From the IMG/VR virus record IMGVR_UViG_3300049019_000014, positions 1-44,854 of that record: 44,854 bases of DNA; one strand, given 5' to 3'. The notes below the pieces were generated by a model. The model was not told the origin of the DNA. It ran no database searches and worked only from the letters and a program-made list of their open reading frames with translations. The DNA is from a virus. A program made the translations under genes and the position numbers. The first letter of the stretch is position 1. The number at the start of each line of letters is the position of its first letter. This document shows positions 1 through 7,270 of this stretch, in pieces.

Positions 1-127
1 GCGCGTGGCTTCGTACTGAGAACGTGTGGGTAAAGGACACAGTCACAGGGATAACCTGCAATGCAGCCATCATCGAGGTGCGTGGTGGCATTGTGGACAA
101 CTGTACTACCGGGCTGCGGTCGCTATT
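1..127. repeat. Terminal direct overlap, identical to 44728..44854 (assembly closure overlap, not a biological repeat)
   Basis: Base-by-base comparison of the first 127 nt with the last 127 nt shows identity. The overlap lies inside one continuous reading frame. Confidence 0.9.
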
Positions 128-944
128 CCTCTCGTATCACAGCATCGGACAACAGAACGCAAACGATCTGCTTCAAGGGCCGATTGTCAAGAACTGCGAT
201 GTAGGGTTCGCTGCGCAGGAGGGTTCTACCGGACACTCTGATTGGGTGACGTACCTCGACAACGACTTCGCCATAACGGCGCAGATCAACGCCCGAGTGC
301 ACGCAATCGGCTCAGACTTCCAGCGAAACCTCGTGTGCCTGCATGCGCGCAACGGGAACATACTTGCCAATCGCACTGGGTTTGGCCCGTGCACCTTTCA
401 CCTTGGCACTGCAGATGCTAACGAGGCTATCTTCCGTGGACAGATTTACGGCATCGACATGGAGGCATACTCTAACGCGAACACTTCGCGCATAGAGCTT
501 CGCGACATCGATGCTGTTACCACGAGCAGCACGTCCGAGGTTACCCTCAAGACGTACAACCTCGCAGCAGGCGTGTATCTGGCTGTCGCTTACTCCAACT
601 ACCTGGGCAAGAGGATGAAGATCCGATTGAGGGGTAGTCTGTCCGGAACGCTCGGAACCAAGACCATCCGCGCTAAGATAGGTGGTACGACTGTAATCGG
701 CTTCGTCACTGCGGCTGCGGCTGGGCGGTGGCAGATCGAGGGAGAGGTTGTTATCACCGACCGTGCAGTGCAGCGGAATTTCGGCACGCTGTGGGTAAAT
801 GGGCAGACCCCACAACTCTTTGCGGGGTCGGGCACAATTGACCTCGGTACTGCCTCCGACCTGTCTTTGACGGTCACGGGCTTCGTTGCAAACGCGGCGG
901 ACGCCGTGGCAGTGGATTTCTTCGAGCTGGAAACAGACGGCTAA
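1..944 (+). CDS. Tail fibre/tailspike, C-terminal part (continuation of 43665..44854 across the circular junction; 1-127 is duplicated sequence)
   Basis: The frame of ORF 24..944 is the same as the open frame running off the window end (44751 = 44727+24; both 43665 and 44751 are 0 mod 3). The joined gene is 2007 nt (668 aa). The sequence is Gly/Asn/Thr-rich and looks like beta-helix repeats. Confidence 0.85.
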   Translation, partial: AWLRTENVWVKDTVTGITCNAAIIEVRGGIVDNCTTGLRSLFLSYHSIGQQNANDLLQGPIVKNCDVGFAAQEGSTGHSDWVTYLDNDFAITAQINARVHAIGSDFQRNLVCLHARNGNILANRTGFGPCTFHLGTADANEAIFRGQIYGIDMEAYSNANTSRIELRDIDAVTTSSTSEVTLKTYNLAAGVYLAVAYSNYLGKRMKIRLRGSLSGTLGTKTIRAKIGGTTVIGFVTAAAAGRWQIEGEVVITDRAVQRNFGTLWVNGQTPQLFAGSGTIDLGTASDLSLTVTGFVANAADAVAVDFFELETDG

Positions 945-956
945 CAAGGAGCGGCT

Positions 957-1163
957 ATGGCCGAACATTTCAAGGATGCGGCCCTGGCTGCCCCGCCTGT
1001 CGGGGTTGGCACCCTCACCCTCGCCGGCATGCCGTTGAGTCAGTGGGTGCTGATCCTGACGGCAGTGTATACGATCTTCCTCATCATCGACAAGGCGCCC
1101 GCAGTGATGCGGGTGCTGCAGTCTCTCTGCAAGTGGGTGGCCCATCATGTCAAAAGCAAGTGA
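957..1163 (+). CDS. Class II holin, T7 gp17.5-like
   Basis: The ORF is 68 aa with two hydrophobic segments and an AAGGAG RBS 5 nt upstream. It sits between the tail fibre and TerS exactly as T7 gene 17.5 does. 'LAAPPVGVGT...LSQWVLILTAVYTIFLIIDK' parallels T7 gp17.5 'KAAPIVGTGV...LNEWFYVAAIAYTVVQIGAK' (from memory). Confidence 0.7.
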   Translation: MAEHFKDAALAAPPVGVGTLTLAGMPLSQWVLILTAVYTIFLIIDKAPAVMRVLQSLCKWVAHHVKSK

Positions 1164-1461
1164 AGACGCACTCGGCGAGCTGCATGCAGCAGTAGCCAAC
1201 GTGCTGACCGACACGCTGGAGAATGGCGCGGTCGTCATGGACAACGAGGGTGAGGCCCGGCGCATCACGCCGCCTGCCGCCTACATCGGGGCCGCAATCG
1301 CGTTCCTGAAGAACAACAACATCACGGCTGATCCCAGCTCGAACGAGGGACTCAAGAACCTCGAAGAGAGACTGAAGGCTCGCCGTAGCCGCCTCACGCC
1401 CGAGGCGCTGAAGCAAGCGGCCGCCGACTTCGCGGCTACCAACGGCGACTTCCTGCAGTAG
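1147..1461 (+). CDS. Terminase small subunit (DNA maturase A-like)
   Basis: A 104-aa ORF lies immediately upstream of TerL and abuts it (stop 1461, TerL ATG 1463). Size and position match T7 gp18 / phiKMV TerS. Confidence 0.65.
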   Translation: MSKASEDALGELHAAVANVLTDTLENGAVVMDNEGEARRITPPAAYIGAAIAFLKNNNITADPSSNEGLKNLEERLKARRSRLTPEALKQAAADFAATNGDFLQ

Positions 1462-1462
1462 C

Positions 1463-3241
1463 ATGGAAGGCCCCGTAGCAGCACAGAAGCGCTGGGAAGA
1501 GCTGCATGCATTGCAAGCTCACTACCGGCACTTCGACGACTTCCTCCGGGACGCGATGGACGAAATTGGGTTCGGTGTTACCGAGCTTCAAGCGGACATC
1601 GCGGACTACATGGAGCACGGGCCTGACAACATCCTCATTGAGGCCCAGCGCTCCCAAGCCAAGACCACCATCGCAGCGTGTTTCTGCGTGTGGTCCCTCA
1701 TCCACAAGCCCTCACTCCGAGTGCTCATCCTGTCCGCCGCTGGCGGGCAAGCGTCCGACATCAGCACGCTGATTGTGCGGCTCATCATGTTCATGGACGT
1801 GCTTGAGTGCATGCGCCCTGATCGCCAATCCGGCGACCGCGCGAGCACCGAGGCGTTCGACGTGCACCACAGCCTGAAGGGCGTGGACAAGTCGCCGTCA
1901 GTGAAGTGCCTGGGCATCACCGCCAACCTGCAGGGTAACCGCGCAGACTTGCTGCTGGCCGACGATATCGAGTCCGCCAAGAACGCGATGACCCCGGTGC
2001 AGCGGGCGCAGCTTGAGCACCTGACGAAGGACTTCACCAGCATCGTGCAGACCGGCCGGATCATCTGGCTCGGCACGCCGCAGACTGGTGACTCTATCTA
2101 CAACGGGCTGCCAGCTCGGGGCGTGGCCGTTCGCATCTGGCCGGGTCGGTATCCGACCGTCGAGCAGATGGAGCATTACAGCGAGTACCTCGCGCCGATG
2201 CTGCGCCGCCGTATTGAGGCAGACCCTTCGCTGCAGACTGGCGGCGGGATCACCTTCGATCAGGGCAAGCCCACGGACCCACAACTGCTGGACGAGGTAG
2301 CGCTGCAGAAGAAGGAGCGCGACCAGGGTACGCCGTACTTCCAGCTTCAGCACATGCTGAACACGGTGCTGCTGGACAAGATGCGCTTCCCGCTGAAGCC
2401 TGAGCTACTCGTCACGATTCGCGGAGTCGGGGATATCTTCCCGCTCGAAGTCGTGCGCGGCATGGAGCTGCACCACAAGCTGCCGTTCAAGACAGTTGGC
2501 TTCACGTTCCATCTGACAGCTCCGCACGAAACCAGTCGGGACACCGGCAAGCTGCACAACATGACCGCGTACGTGGACCCCGCTGCTGGCGGGGCGAACG
2601 GGGACGAGACAGCATACGCCATCGGTGGCATGCTGAACTCTAACATCGTCCTCGTGGGCGCTGGGGGGATCCCTGGCGGCTATGACAAGGTCAAGTTGGA
2701 AGAGCTGGCCGCGAGGCTGGTGAAGTGGAAGATCACCCGCTGCATCATCGAGAAGAACATGGGCTATGGCGCGTTTGCCGTGGTCTTCTCCCCGATCCTG
2801 CAGAAGGCTGCCAAGGACGCCGGCATCCCGCCCATCAACGTGGACGAGGATCTCGTCACCGGGCAGAAAGAGGTCCGCATCATCAACACCCTCGCTCCTG
2901 TCATGGGCCGTGGGTCGCTTGTCATCAATCCCGACATTGTCGAGACGGATGAACAAGACTGCATGCGGTACGAGCCGAAGCTACGGCAGAGCTACAGCCT
3001 CTTCTTCCAGCTCGCGAAGATCAGCAGCGCACGCGGCGCACTGGTCCACGATGACCGCGTTGACGCCCTCGAAGGGCTGGTCCGTGCGTTCCAGGCTTCT
3101 CTGGCAATCGACCAGACCAAAGCGGTACAGCGCGCCACCGAGAAGGCCGCAAGAGACGCCATCAACTTGGCGCTTCGATCCATTGGGGCCAAGCCCCTCA
3201 CCAAGGTGGGCACTTCCATGCTCCGCCATCGCCGTCGATAA
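1463..3241 (+). CDS. Terminase large subunit (T7 gp19-like)
   Basis: The ORF is 592 aa. It has a deviant Walker-A-like 'EAQRSQAKTT' and a Walker-B-like 'LLLADDIES'. The C-terminal region 'HDDRVDALEG' is typical of the T7-type terminase nuclease end. Confidence 0.93.
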   Translation: MEGPVAAQKRWEELHALQAHYRHFDDFLRDAMDEIGFGVTELQADIADYMEHGPDNILIEAQRSQAKTTIAACFCVWSLIHKPSLRVLILSAAGGQASDISTLIVRLIMFMDVLECMRPDRQSGDRASTEAFDVHHSLKGVDKSPSVKCLGITANLQGNRADLLLADDIESAKNAMTPVQRAQLEHLTKDFTSIVQTGRIIWLGTPQTGDSIYNGLPARGVAVRIWPGRYPTVEQMEHYSEYLAPMLRRRIEADPSLQTGGGITFDQGKPTDPQLLDEVALQKKERDQGTPYFQLQHMLNTVLLDKMRFPLKPELLVTIRGVGDIFPLEVVRGMELHHKLPFKTVGFTFHLTAPHETSRDTGKLHNMTAYVDPAAGGANGDETAYAIGGMLNSNIVLVGAGGIPGGYDKVKLEELAARLVKWKITRCIIEKNMGYGAFAVVFSPILQKAAKDAGIPPINVDEDLVTGQKEVRIINTLAPVMGRGSLVINPDIVETDEQDCMRYEPKLRQSYSLFFQLAKISSARGALVHDDRVDALEGLVRAFQASLAIDQTKAVQRATEKAARDAINLALRSIGAKPLTKVGTSMLRHRRR

Positions 3242-3255
3242 AGGAATCAACAGAC

Positions 3256-3750
3256 ATGCGAGTTACTGACCTCCCCTTCCCCGGCAAGCTGACCCACGGC
3301 GTTCACCTCCGTCGCGAAGTGACGAAGGCCCTGCAATCCGTGGACCGCATCGCCAACAGCATGACCGGCGCAGGTGCCGGCCACGTCGCCTATGACCTCG
3401 GCAACTTCCTTGTGGAAGCCGGCCGACTCGCCTACTCGGTGAAGTCCAACAGCACCGGCCCGGTCGCCAAGCGGGTGTACGTCTACAACGCCGCGAAGTC
3501 CTACGTCGTCATCGAGTTCGACCGCCAACTGGATCCGCAGTTCATCCCTGCGGCCGCCGGCCTCACCTTCTCTGGCGCGCAGACCGTCTCGACGCAGTTC
3601 GTGGACGGCCGCAAGTGGATCATGAAGGTGTCGGGCAACGTCGCCACCGGCTTCACCGTGGCCTACGCCCAGCAAGCTGACGGCGTGCGCGACCTGAACG
3701 GCAACAAGGCGGCGACCTTCACGGCCGTCACCGGTAGCATCATCAGCTAA
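3256..3750 (+). CDS. Hypothetical protein with a C-terminal Ig-like/bacterial-Ig-type repeat
   Basis: The ORF is 164 aa with an AAAGGA RBS. The C-terminal half 'VVIEFDRQLDPQFIPAAAGLTFSG...VSGNVATGFTVAYAQQADGVRDLNGNKAATFTAVTG' follows the beta-sandwich pattern common in bacterial Ig-like domains. Confidence 0.65.
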   Translation: MRVTDLPFPGKLTHGVHLRREVTKALQSVDRIANSMTGAGAGHVAYDLGNFLVEAGRLAYSVKSNSTGPVAKRVYVYNAAKSYVVIEFDRQLDPQFIPAAAGLTFSGAQTVSTQFVDGRKWIMKVSGNVATGFTVAYAQQADGVRDLNGNKAATFTAVTGSIIS

Positions 3751-4250
3751 TGCGCGAACTGCTTCGTACTGCAGTCGCCGCTGTGCGCCTGCGCTACGTG
3801 GTAGGCGCCCTCTCGCTGTCAACAGCAGGGGGTGCCGCTATCCTGATGAACGAGGGAAGCGTGGATCACGTCTACCTCGACCCCGTTGGGATTCCCACGG
3901 CTTGCGCCGGCAGCACAGAAGGGCTGACCAGGGCCGACGTTGGCACATACATGCCGCCCGAAGTCTGCGCCGCTCGCATCCGCAAGGACACCAGCACCGC
4001 AGAGCGGGCCGTCAAACGGTGCACCACTGCACCCGTGACGCAAGAGCAGTACGACGCCCTAGTCGATACCGCATTCAACATCGGGGCAGCGAACTTCTGC
4101 GGAAGCACGCTGATCCGCAAGCACAACGCCGGGGATTGCCCTGGCGCCACCAAGGAGTTCGGACGATGGGTGTACGCGAAGGGACAGAGGCTGCCGGGGC
4201 TGGAGAAGCGCCGTGCCCGTGCCGCTGCTGCGTACGCGACTGGCTGCTAG
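3750..4250 (+). CDS. SAR endolysin (T4-lysozyme/GH24-like muramidase)
   Basis: The start is coupled by TAATG. The N-terminus has a weakly hydrophobic Gly/Ala-rich segment 'VVGALSLSTAGGAAILM', followed by the E-x8-D-x5-T catalytic triad ('NEGSVDHVYLDPVGIPT'). Confidence 0.85.
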   Translation: MRELLRTAVAAVRLRYVVGALSLSTAGGAAILMNEGSVDHVYLDPVGIPTACAGSTEGLTRADVGTYMPPEVCAARIRKDTSTAERAVKRCTTAPVTQEQYDALVDTAFNIGAANFCGSTLIRKHNAGDCPGATKEFGRWVYAKGQRLPGLEKRRARAAAAYATGC

Positions 4251-4534
4251 CTCTCTGGTTCGATGCCTTCAACGAGGCACTGTTCGACAATGAACTCCCG
4301 GTCGTGCCGCTGCGCTTCGCGCGCATCCTGTGGCAGGCCGAGGGCTTCTATCACCACCGAGACCGCCTGATCGAAGTGGCTGACGAGCTGGTGCAGGAGA
4401 ACGACCAACAGGCGGCCCTACTTCATGAAATGGTGCACCTATGGCAATCCTGCAACGGGCATTCGATCAATCACGGCAAGTCCTTCAAGGACTGGCGAGC
4501 CCGAGTGCTCGCTGGCACTGGACTCTGCATCTAA
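4166..4534 (+). CDS. SprT-like zinc metalloprotease domain protein (overlaps the endolysin 3' end out of frame)
   Basis: The HExxH motif 'LLHEMVHLWQ' is followed by 'NHGKSF'. ATG 4166 is preceded by AAGGAG (4152-4157, 8-nt spacer). The N-terminal pattern 'LWFDAFNEALFDNELP' is typical of small SprT-like proteins. Confidence 0.6.
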   Translation: MGVREGTEAAGAGEAPCPCRCCVRDWLLALWFDAFNEALFDNELPVVPLRFARILWQAEGFYHHRDRLIEVADELVQENDQQAALLHEMVHLWQSCNGHSINHGKSFKDWRARVLAGTGLCI

Positions 4535-4794
4535 CGCTTGTCCTGGCGCTGTTCGGGTCGGTCATGGGCTGGCGGCACTCCGCCTTGTCGCGCGACCTTG
4601 AACACGCCAGGGCCGAGGCAGCAGGGAACCGCGCCACCGGCGCCGCCCTTGTCGTCAAGGAACGGCGAAAGGCAGTGACCGCGCAGGCCGCAGGCCGGGC
4701 CGTGGCGGGCCTTTCGACGGCCACCCTAGGCCACCCTACATGGGCCGATGAGCCCGTACCACAGGAGGTGCAAGATGCCCTTGACCAGCCGTAA
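4441..4794 (+). CDS. Candidate i-spanin (Rz-like); start uncertain
   Basis: It has a single hydrophobic segment 'LTLVLALFGSVMGW', then an Ala/Arg-rich region ending 'WADEPVPQEVQDAL'. It fills otherwise empty space in the lysis cassette. There is no good RBS at ATG 4441. Confidence 0.4.
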   Translation: MAILQRAFDQSRQVLQGLASPSARWHWTLHLTLVLALFGSVMGWRHSALSRDLEHARAEAAGNRATGAALVVKERRKAVTAQAAGRAVAGLSTATLGHPTWADEPVPQEVQDALDQP

Positions 4795-4939
4795 ATTCCT
4801 CGTCACGCTCCTGGCCCTGGCCGCCGCCGTCGTCCTGTCCTACCTGGGCAAGCTGGACGGCACGGCCGCCGGGCTGATCGGCGCGCTGGCGAGCGCGTAC
4901 ATGGCGGGCAATGTGACGCAGAAGGCGGTGACACCTTGA
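4775..4939 (+). CDS. Small two-TMD membrane protein (second holin/pinholin/antiholin candidate)
   Basis: The ORF is 54 aa from ATG 4775, with GGAGG 8 nt upstream. It has two hydrophobic segments, 'FLVTLLALAAAVVLSYL' and 'AAGLIGALASAYMAG'. It overlaps the next gene by ATGA-type coupling. Confidence 0.55.
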   Translation: MPLTSRKFLVTLLALAAAVVLSYLGKLDGTAAGLIGALASAYMAGNVTQKAVTP

Positions 4940-5157
4940 TGCGCGCCGTTGCACTGCTACTCACTCTGCTACTTGCCGCGTGCGCCCAATTCCAACTCCC
5001 GCCTGCCGAGCTTCTGGCTGACTGCCAAGAGCCTGCCGCGCGGGTCACAACGAACGGCCTACTCGCCCGCTACGCCCTCGACTTGCGGACTGCTCTGCGG
5101 TCCTGCAACGACGACAAGGCCGCGCTCCGCGAGTGGGCGAAGGAGATCCAACGATGA
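4936..5157 (+). CDS. Lipoprotein, o-spanin (Rz1-like) candidate
   Basis: The signal peptide has a lipobox 'LLLAAC'. The mature part has two further Cys residues and a 'TNGLLARYALDLRTALRSCNDDKAALREW' motif that I recall from Rz-type lysis proteins. The gene sits in the lysis cassette. Confidence 0.55.
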   Translation: MMRAVALLLTLLLAACAQFQLPPAELLADCQEPAARVTTNGLLARYALDLRTALRSCNDDKAALREWAKEIQR

Positions 5158-5399
5158 TGCGCCCCTACAAGATCGAGGCGGACAGCCCCGGCCAACGCTG
5201 GAAGAATCTGACCGCCCATGCAACCAACGTGCTCGCTGACCGGCCCCGTGCTCTCTACGTGAGTGGCGCGGGCAATGCTGTGCTCGCCGGTGATGACGGC
5301 CAGGACATCACGTTTGCCGTCACGGCCGGGCAATTCGTCGCGCTGTCCCCGGTGTACTTCCGCGCCACCAGCACGGCAACCCTCGTCGGGATCTACTGA
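5154..5399 (+). CDS. Small protein resembling the GTA head-spike base family (RCAP_Rcc01079-like)
   Basis: The ORF is 81 aa from ATG 5154, with AAGGAG 8 nt upstream. 'RALYVSGAGNAVLAGDDGQDITFAVTAGQFVALSPVYFRATSTATLVGIY' matches my recollection of the family pattern (ALYVG.aGd..v....G..vTF..v.aG..lP.rv.rV.atgTTA..lvgLY). Confidence 0.5.
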   Translation: MMRPYKIEADSPGQRWKNLTAHATNVLADRPRALYVSGAGNAVLAGDDGQDITFAVTAGQFVALSPVYFRATSTATLVGIY

Positions 5400-7261
5400 T
5401 GTTCGGCTTCGGCTTCTCTCTCACCAAGCTCGCGAGTGCTGCGCAAGCCGCTATCGCCTACGGCGCGCGGGTTGCCATCACCGGCACGAAGCTGTTCCTC
5501 ACCGGCGGCACGGAGCTGTACCCCAGGGGTGTCAACCAAGGCACCTGGGGGCAGAACTACAGCATCGACGCGCCCGCCATCGCTGGCTACGGCGCGAACC
5601 ATGTGCGCCTGCTCATCCGCTCCAACCTCGGCGGCACGCTGGACTCTTACGAGACGGGCACTGACGCCTACGTCAACAACGGCACCGACTACCTCAGCGA
5701 CACACACAAGGCGCAGTTCCTGCAGGAAATCGATTGGGCCGGCAGCTCACAGCTCTGGTCTATCGTTGCATTCGACACCGACCAGGGCCAGGGCGTCGGC
5801 CGGCAGACCCTCCCCACATCCTATTGGGACTTCTTCGATGGCTCGCCGGAAGCGGCTGCCGCGAAGGAGAAGTTCTTCAAGGGCTGGGAGTGGATCGCCA
5901 CCCAATGTCGTGGGCGCGAGTACATCCTGTGTTACGAGCTGCTCCCCGAGCCGATCCCGTACAACAGCACGGCCGACGACGCAATCGCACTGCGCGCATT
6001 CTATCGCGAGCTGATCGCCCGTGTGCGCGCCATCGATCCGAACACCCCGTTCCTGATCGGCGGCCGCAACAGCTATGGCACGAACACCGTGGCCGAGGCG
6101 TACCTGTCGGAGCGCACGGACTGCATCTACACCATCGACCTGCTGACCAACCGGGTTGAGGCCGAGGACACCATCGCTGCCACGCTGGAGGGCTTCCGCG
6201 CTTGGCTGGACAGCACGAACGTCCCGGGTCTGATCCAGCAGCTCGGCCGGAACACCGGCGAAGATGAAGGCGCAGGCACCACGACCGAGAACGCTGGCCT
6301 CACCGCCATGTGCGGCTCGATGTCTCTGTGCAATGCACTGCACATCCCTTACACATGGTGGCAGTATCACCAGAACACCGACAGTCAGACAGCCTACGGC
6401 CTCTGGTTCAAGACGGTGTACCCCGGCACAGGTCCGCTGAACTGGACTCCAAAGCCGGCCGAGATCGCCGCCTTCCAGTACCACATGACGCAGAGCCCTG
6501 CGGCCATCGAGGCGGCTGCTGTCGCGGCTGCTACGGCGGCGGGTGCAGAGCTGTACTACATCAAGCCGGACTTCTCGAATATCTGGCAGACGCAGGACAC
6601 CAGCACCCCGGTCACGGCGGTTGGTCAGGCCATTGGCCGAGTCGCACCTGTCGTGGGCACGACCAACCTGAACCAAAGCACGAGCACGCTTCGGCCGCTG
6701 CTGGCCGCAACCCGCAACGGGTACGCGATGCAGTTCGATGGCACAGATGACTGGCTCGGCCTGAGCGTCACGTACTTCGCTGCTGACGACAATGCCACCG
6801 TCATGGCCGCCTGCCGTCCGGCAAGCACCGCGACGAATAAGGTGATCTGGCATACAGGCACCTCGGGCAGCATCGTGCGCACTCCGTACCTCGCCTCTCT
6901 GGCAACGGACGAGATCCAGGCATCGTGGCGTGGCGACACCAACGAGAGCACCGGCAGTATCAACAGCACCACGCTGTGCGATGACCGAGCAATCGTGGCA
7001 ACCGCGCAGCGAGTCGGCGGGAACAAGAAGTGCTTCCTCCAAGGCGTGCAAGAAGGCGCCACCAACACCGGCACGGTAAGCAGCATCGCGAGCATCACCC
7101 GCTCACGGTTCGGCGGGTCCTCGTCGGGTACGAACTGCTTCCAAGGTCCCATTGCCCTGCTCTGCATCGGCAAGACGATCACCGACGAGCAGCGCCGCGC
7201 TATCTCCCGCTGGGGTGCGTGGCTCATCAGTGCGCCATTCCGTGGCGCTATTCCCGCATAA
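5399..7261 (+). CDS. GH5-like (TIM-barrel glycosidase-like) N-domain plus LamG/concanavalin-like C-domain protein
   Basis: The ORF is 620 aa and is TGATG-coupled to the previous gene. The GH5-type strand-4 signature is present but altered ('ILCYELLPEPIP' instead of ..NEP..). The C-terminal 200 aa follows the LamG pattern ('MQFDGTDDWLGL...FGGSSSGTNCFQGPIALLCIGKTITDEQ'). Confidence 0.65.
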   Translation: MFGFGFSLTKLASAAQAAIAYGARVAITGTKLFLTGGTELYPRGVNQGTWGQNYSIDAPAIAGYGANHVRLLIRSNLGGTLDSYETGTDAYVNNGTDYLSDTHKAQFLQEIDWAGSSQLWSIVAFDTDQGQGVGRQTLPTSYWDFFDGSPEAAAAKEKFFKGWEWIATQCRGREYILCYELLPEPIPYNSTADDAIALRAFYRELIARVRAIDPNTPFLIGGRNSYGTNTVAEAYLSERTDCIYTIDLLTNRVEAEDTIAATLEGFRAWLDSTNVPGLIQQLGRNTGEDEGAGTTTENAGLTAMCGSMSLCNALHIPYTWWQYHQNTDSQTAYGLWFKTVYPGTGPLNWTPKPAEIAAFQYHMTQSPAAIEAAAVAAATAAGAELYYIKPDFSNIWQTQDTSTPVTAVGQAIGRVAPVVGTTNLNQSTSTLRPLLAATRNGYAMQFDGTDDWLGLSVTYFAADDNATVMAACRPASTATNKVIWHTGTSGSIVRTPYLASLATDEIQASWRGDTNESTGSINSTTLCDDRAIVATAQRVGGNKKCFLQGVQEGATNTGTVSSIASITRSRFGGSSSGTNCFQGPIALLCIGKTITDEQRRAISRWGAWLISAPFRGAIPA

Positions 7262-7270
7262 GAAGGAACC

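Noticed and set aside
1-127. The terminal 127-bp direct repeat as a genuine phage direct terminal repeat
   Set aside because: It lies in the middle of a continuous tail-fibre reading frame and is exactly a typical assembler k-mer length. Real T7-group terminal repeats are non-coding and lie between the last late gene and the early promoters.
312-1268. Long minus-strand ORFs (e.g. 312..1268, 5747..7051, 16806..17903, 22139..23044, 29906..31051, 31572..32624, 36983..38251, 41572..42804)
   Set aside because: All are antisense to + strand genes with strong motif support. They have Arg/Ala/Gly/His-rich, low-complexity translations typical of the reverse frame of GC-rich coding DNA. None has an RBS or gene-like context.
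3902-4534. 210-aa version of the SprT-like ORF starting at ATG 3902
   Set aside because: It would overlap almost the entire endolysin gene with an Arg/His-rich translation. ATG 4166 with a canonical AAGGAG SD gives a domain-sized protein.
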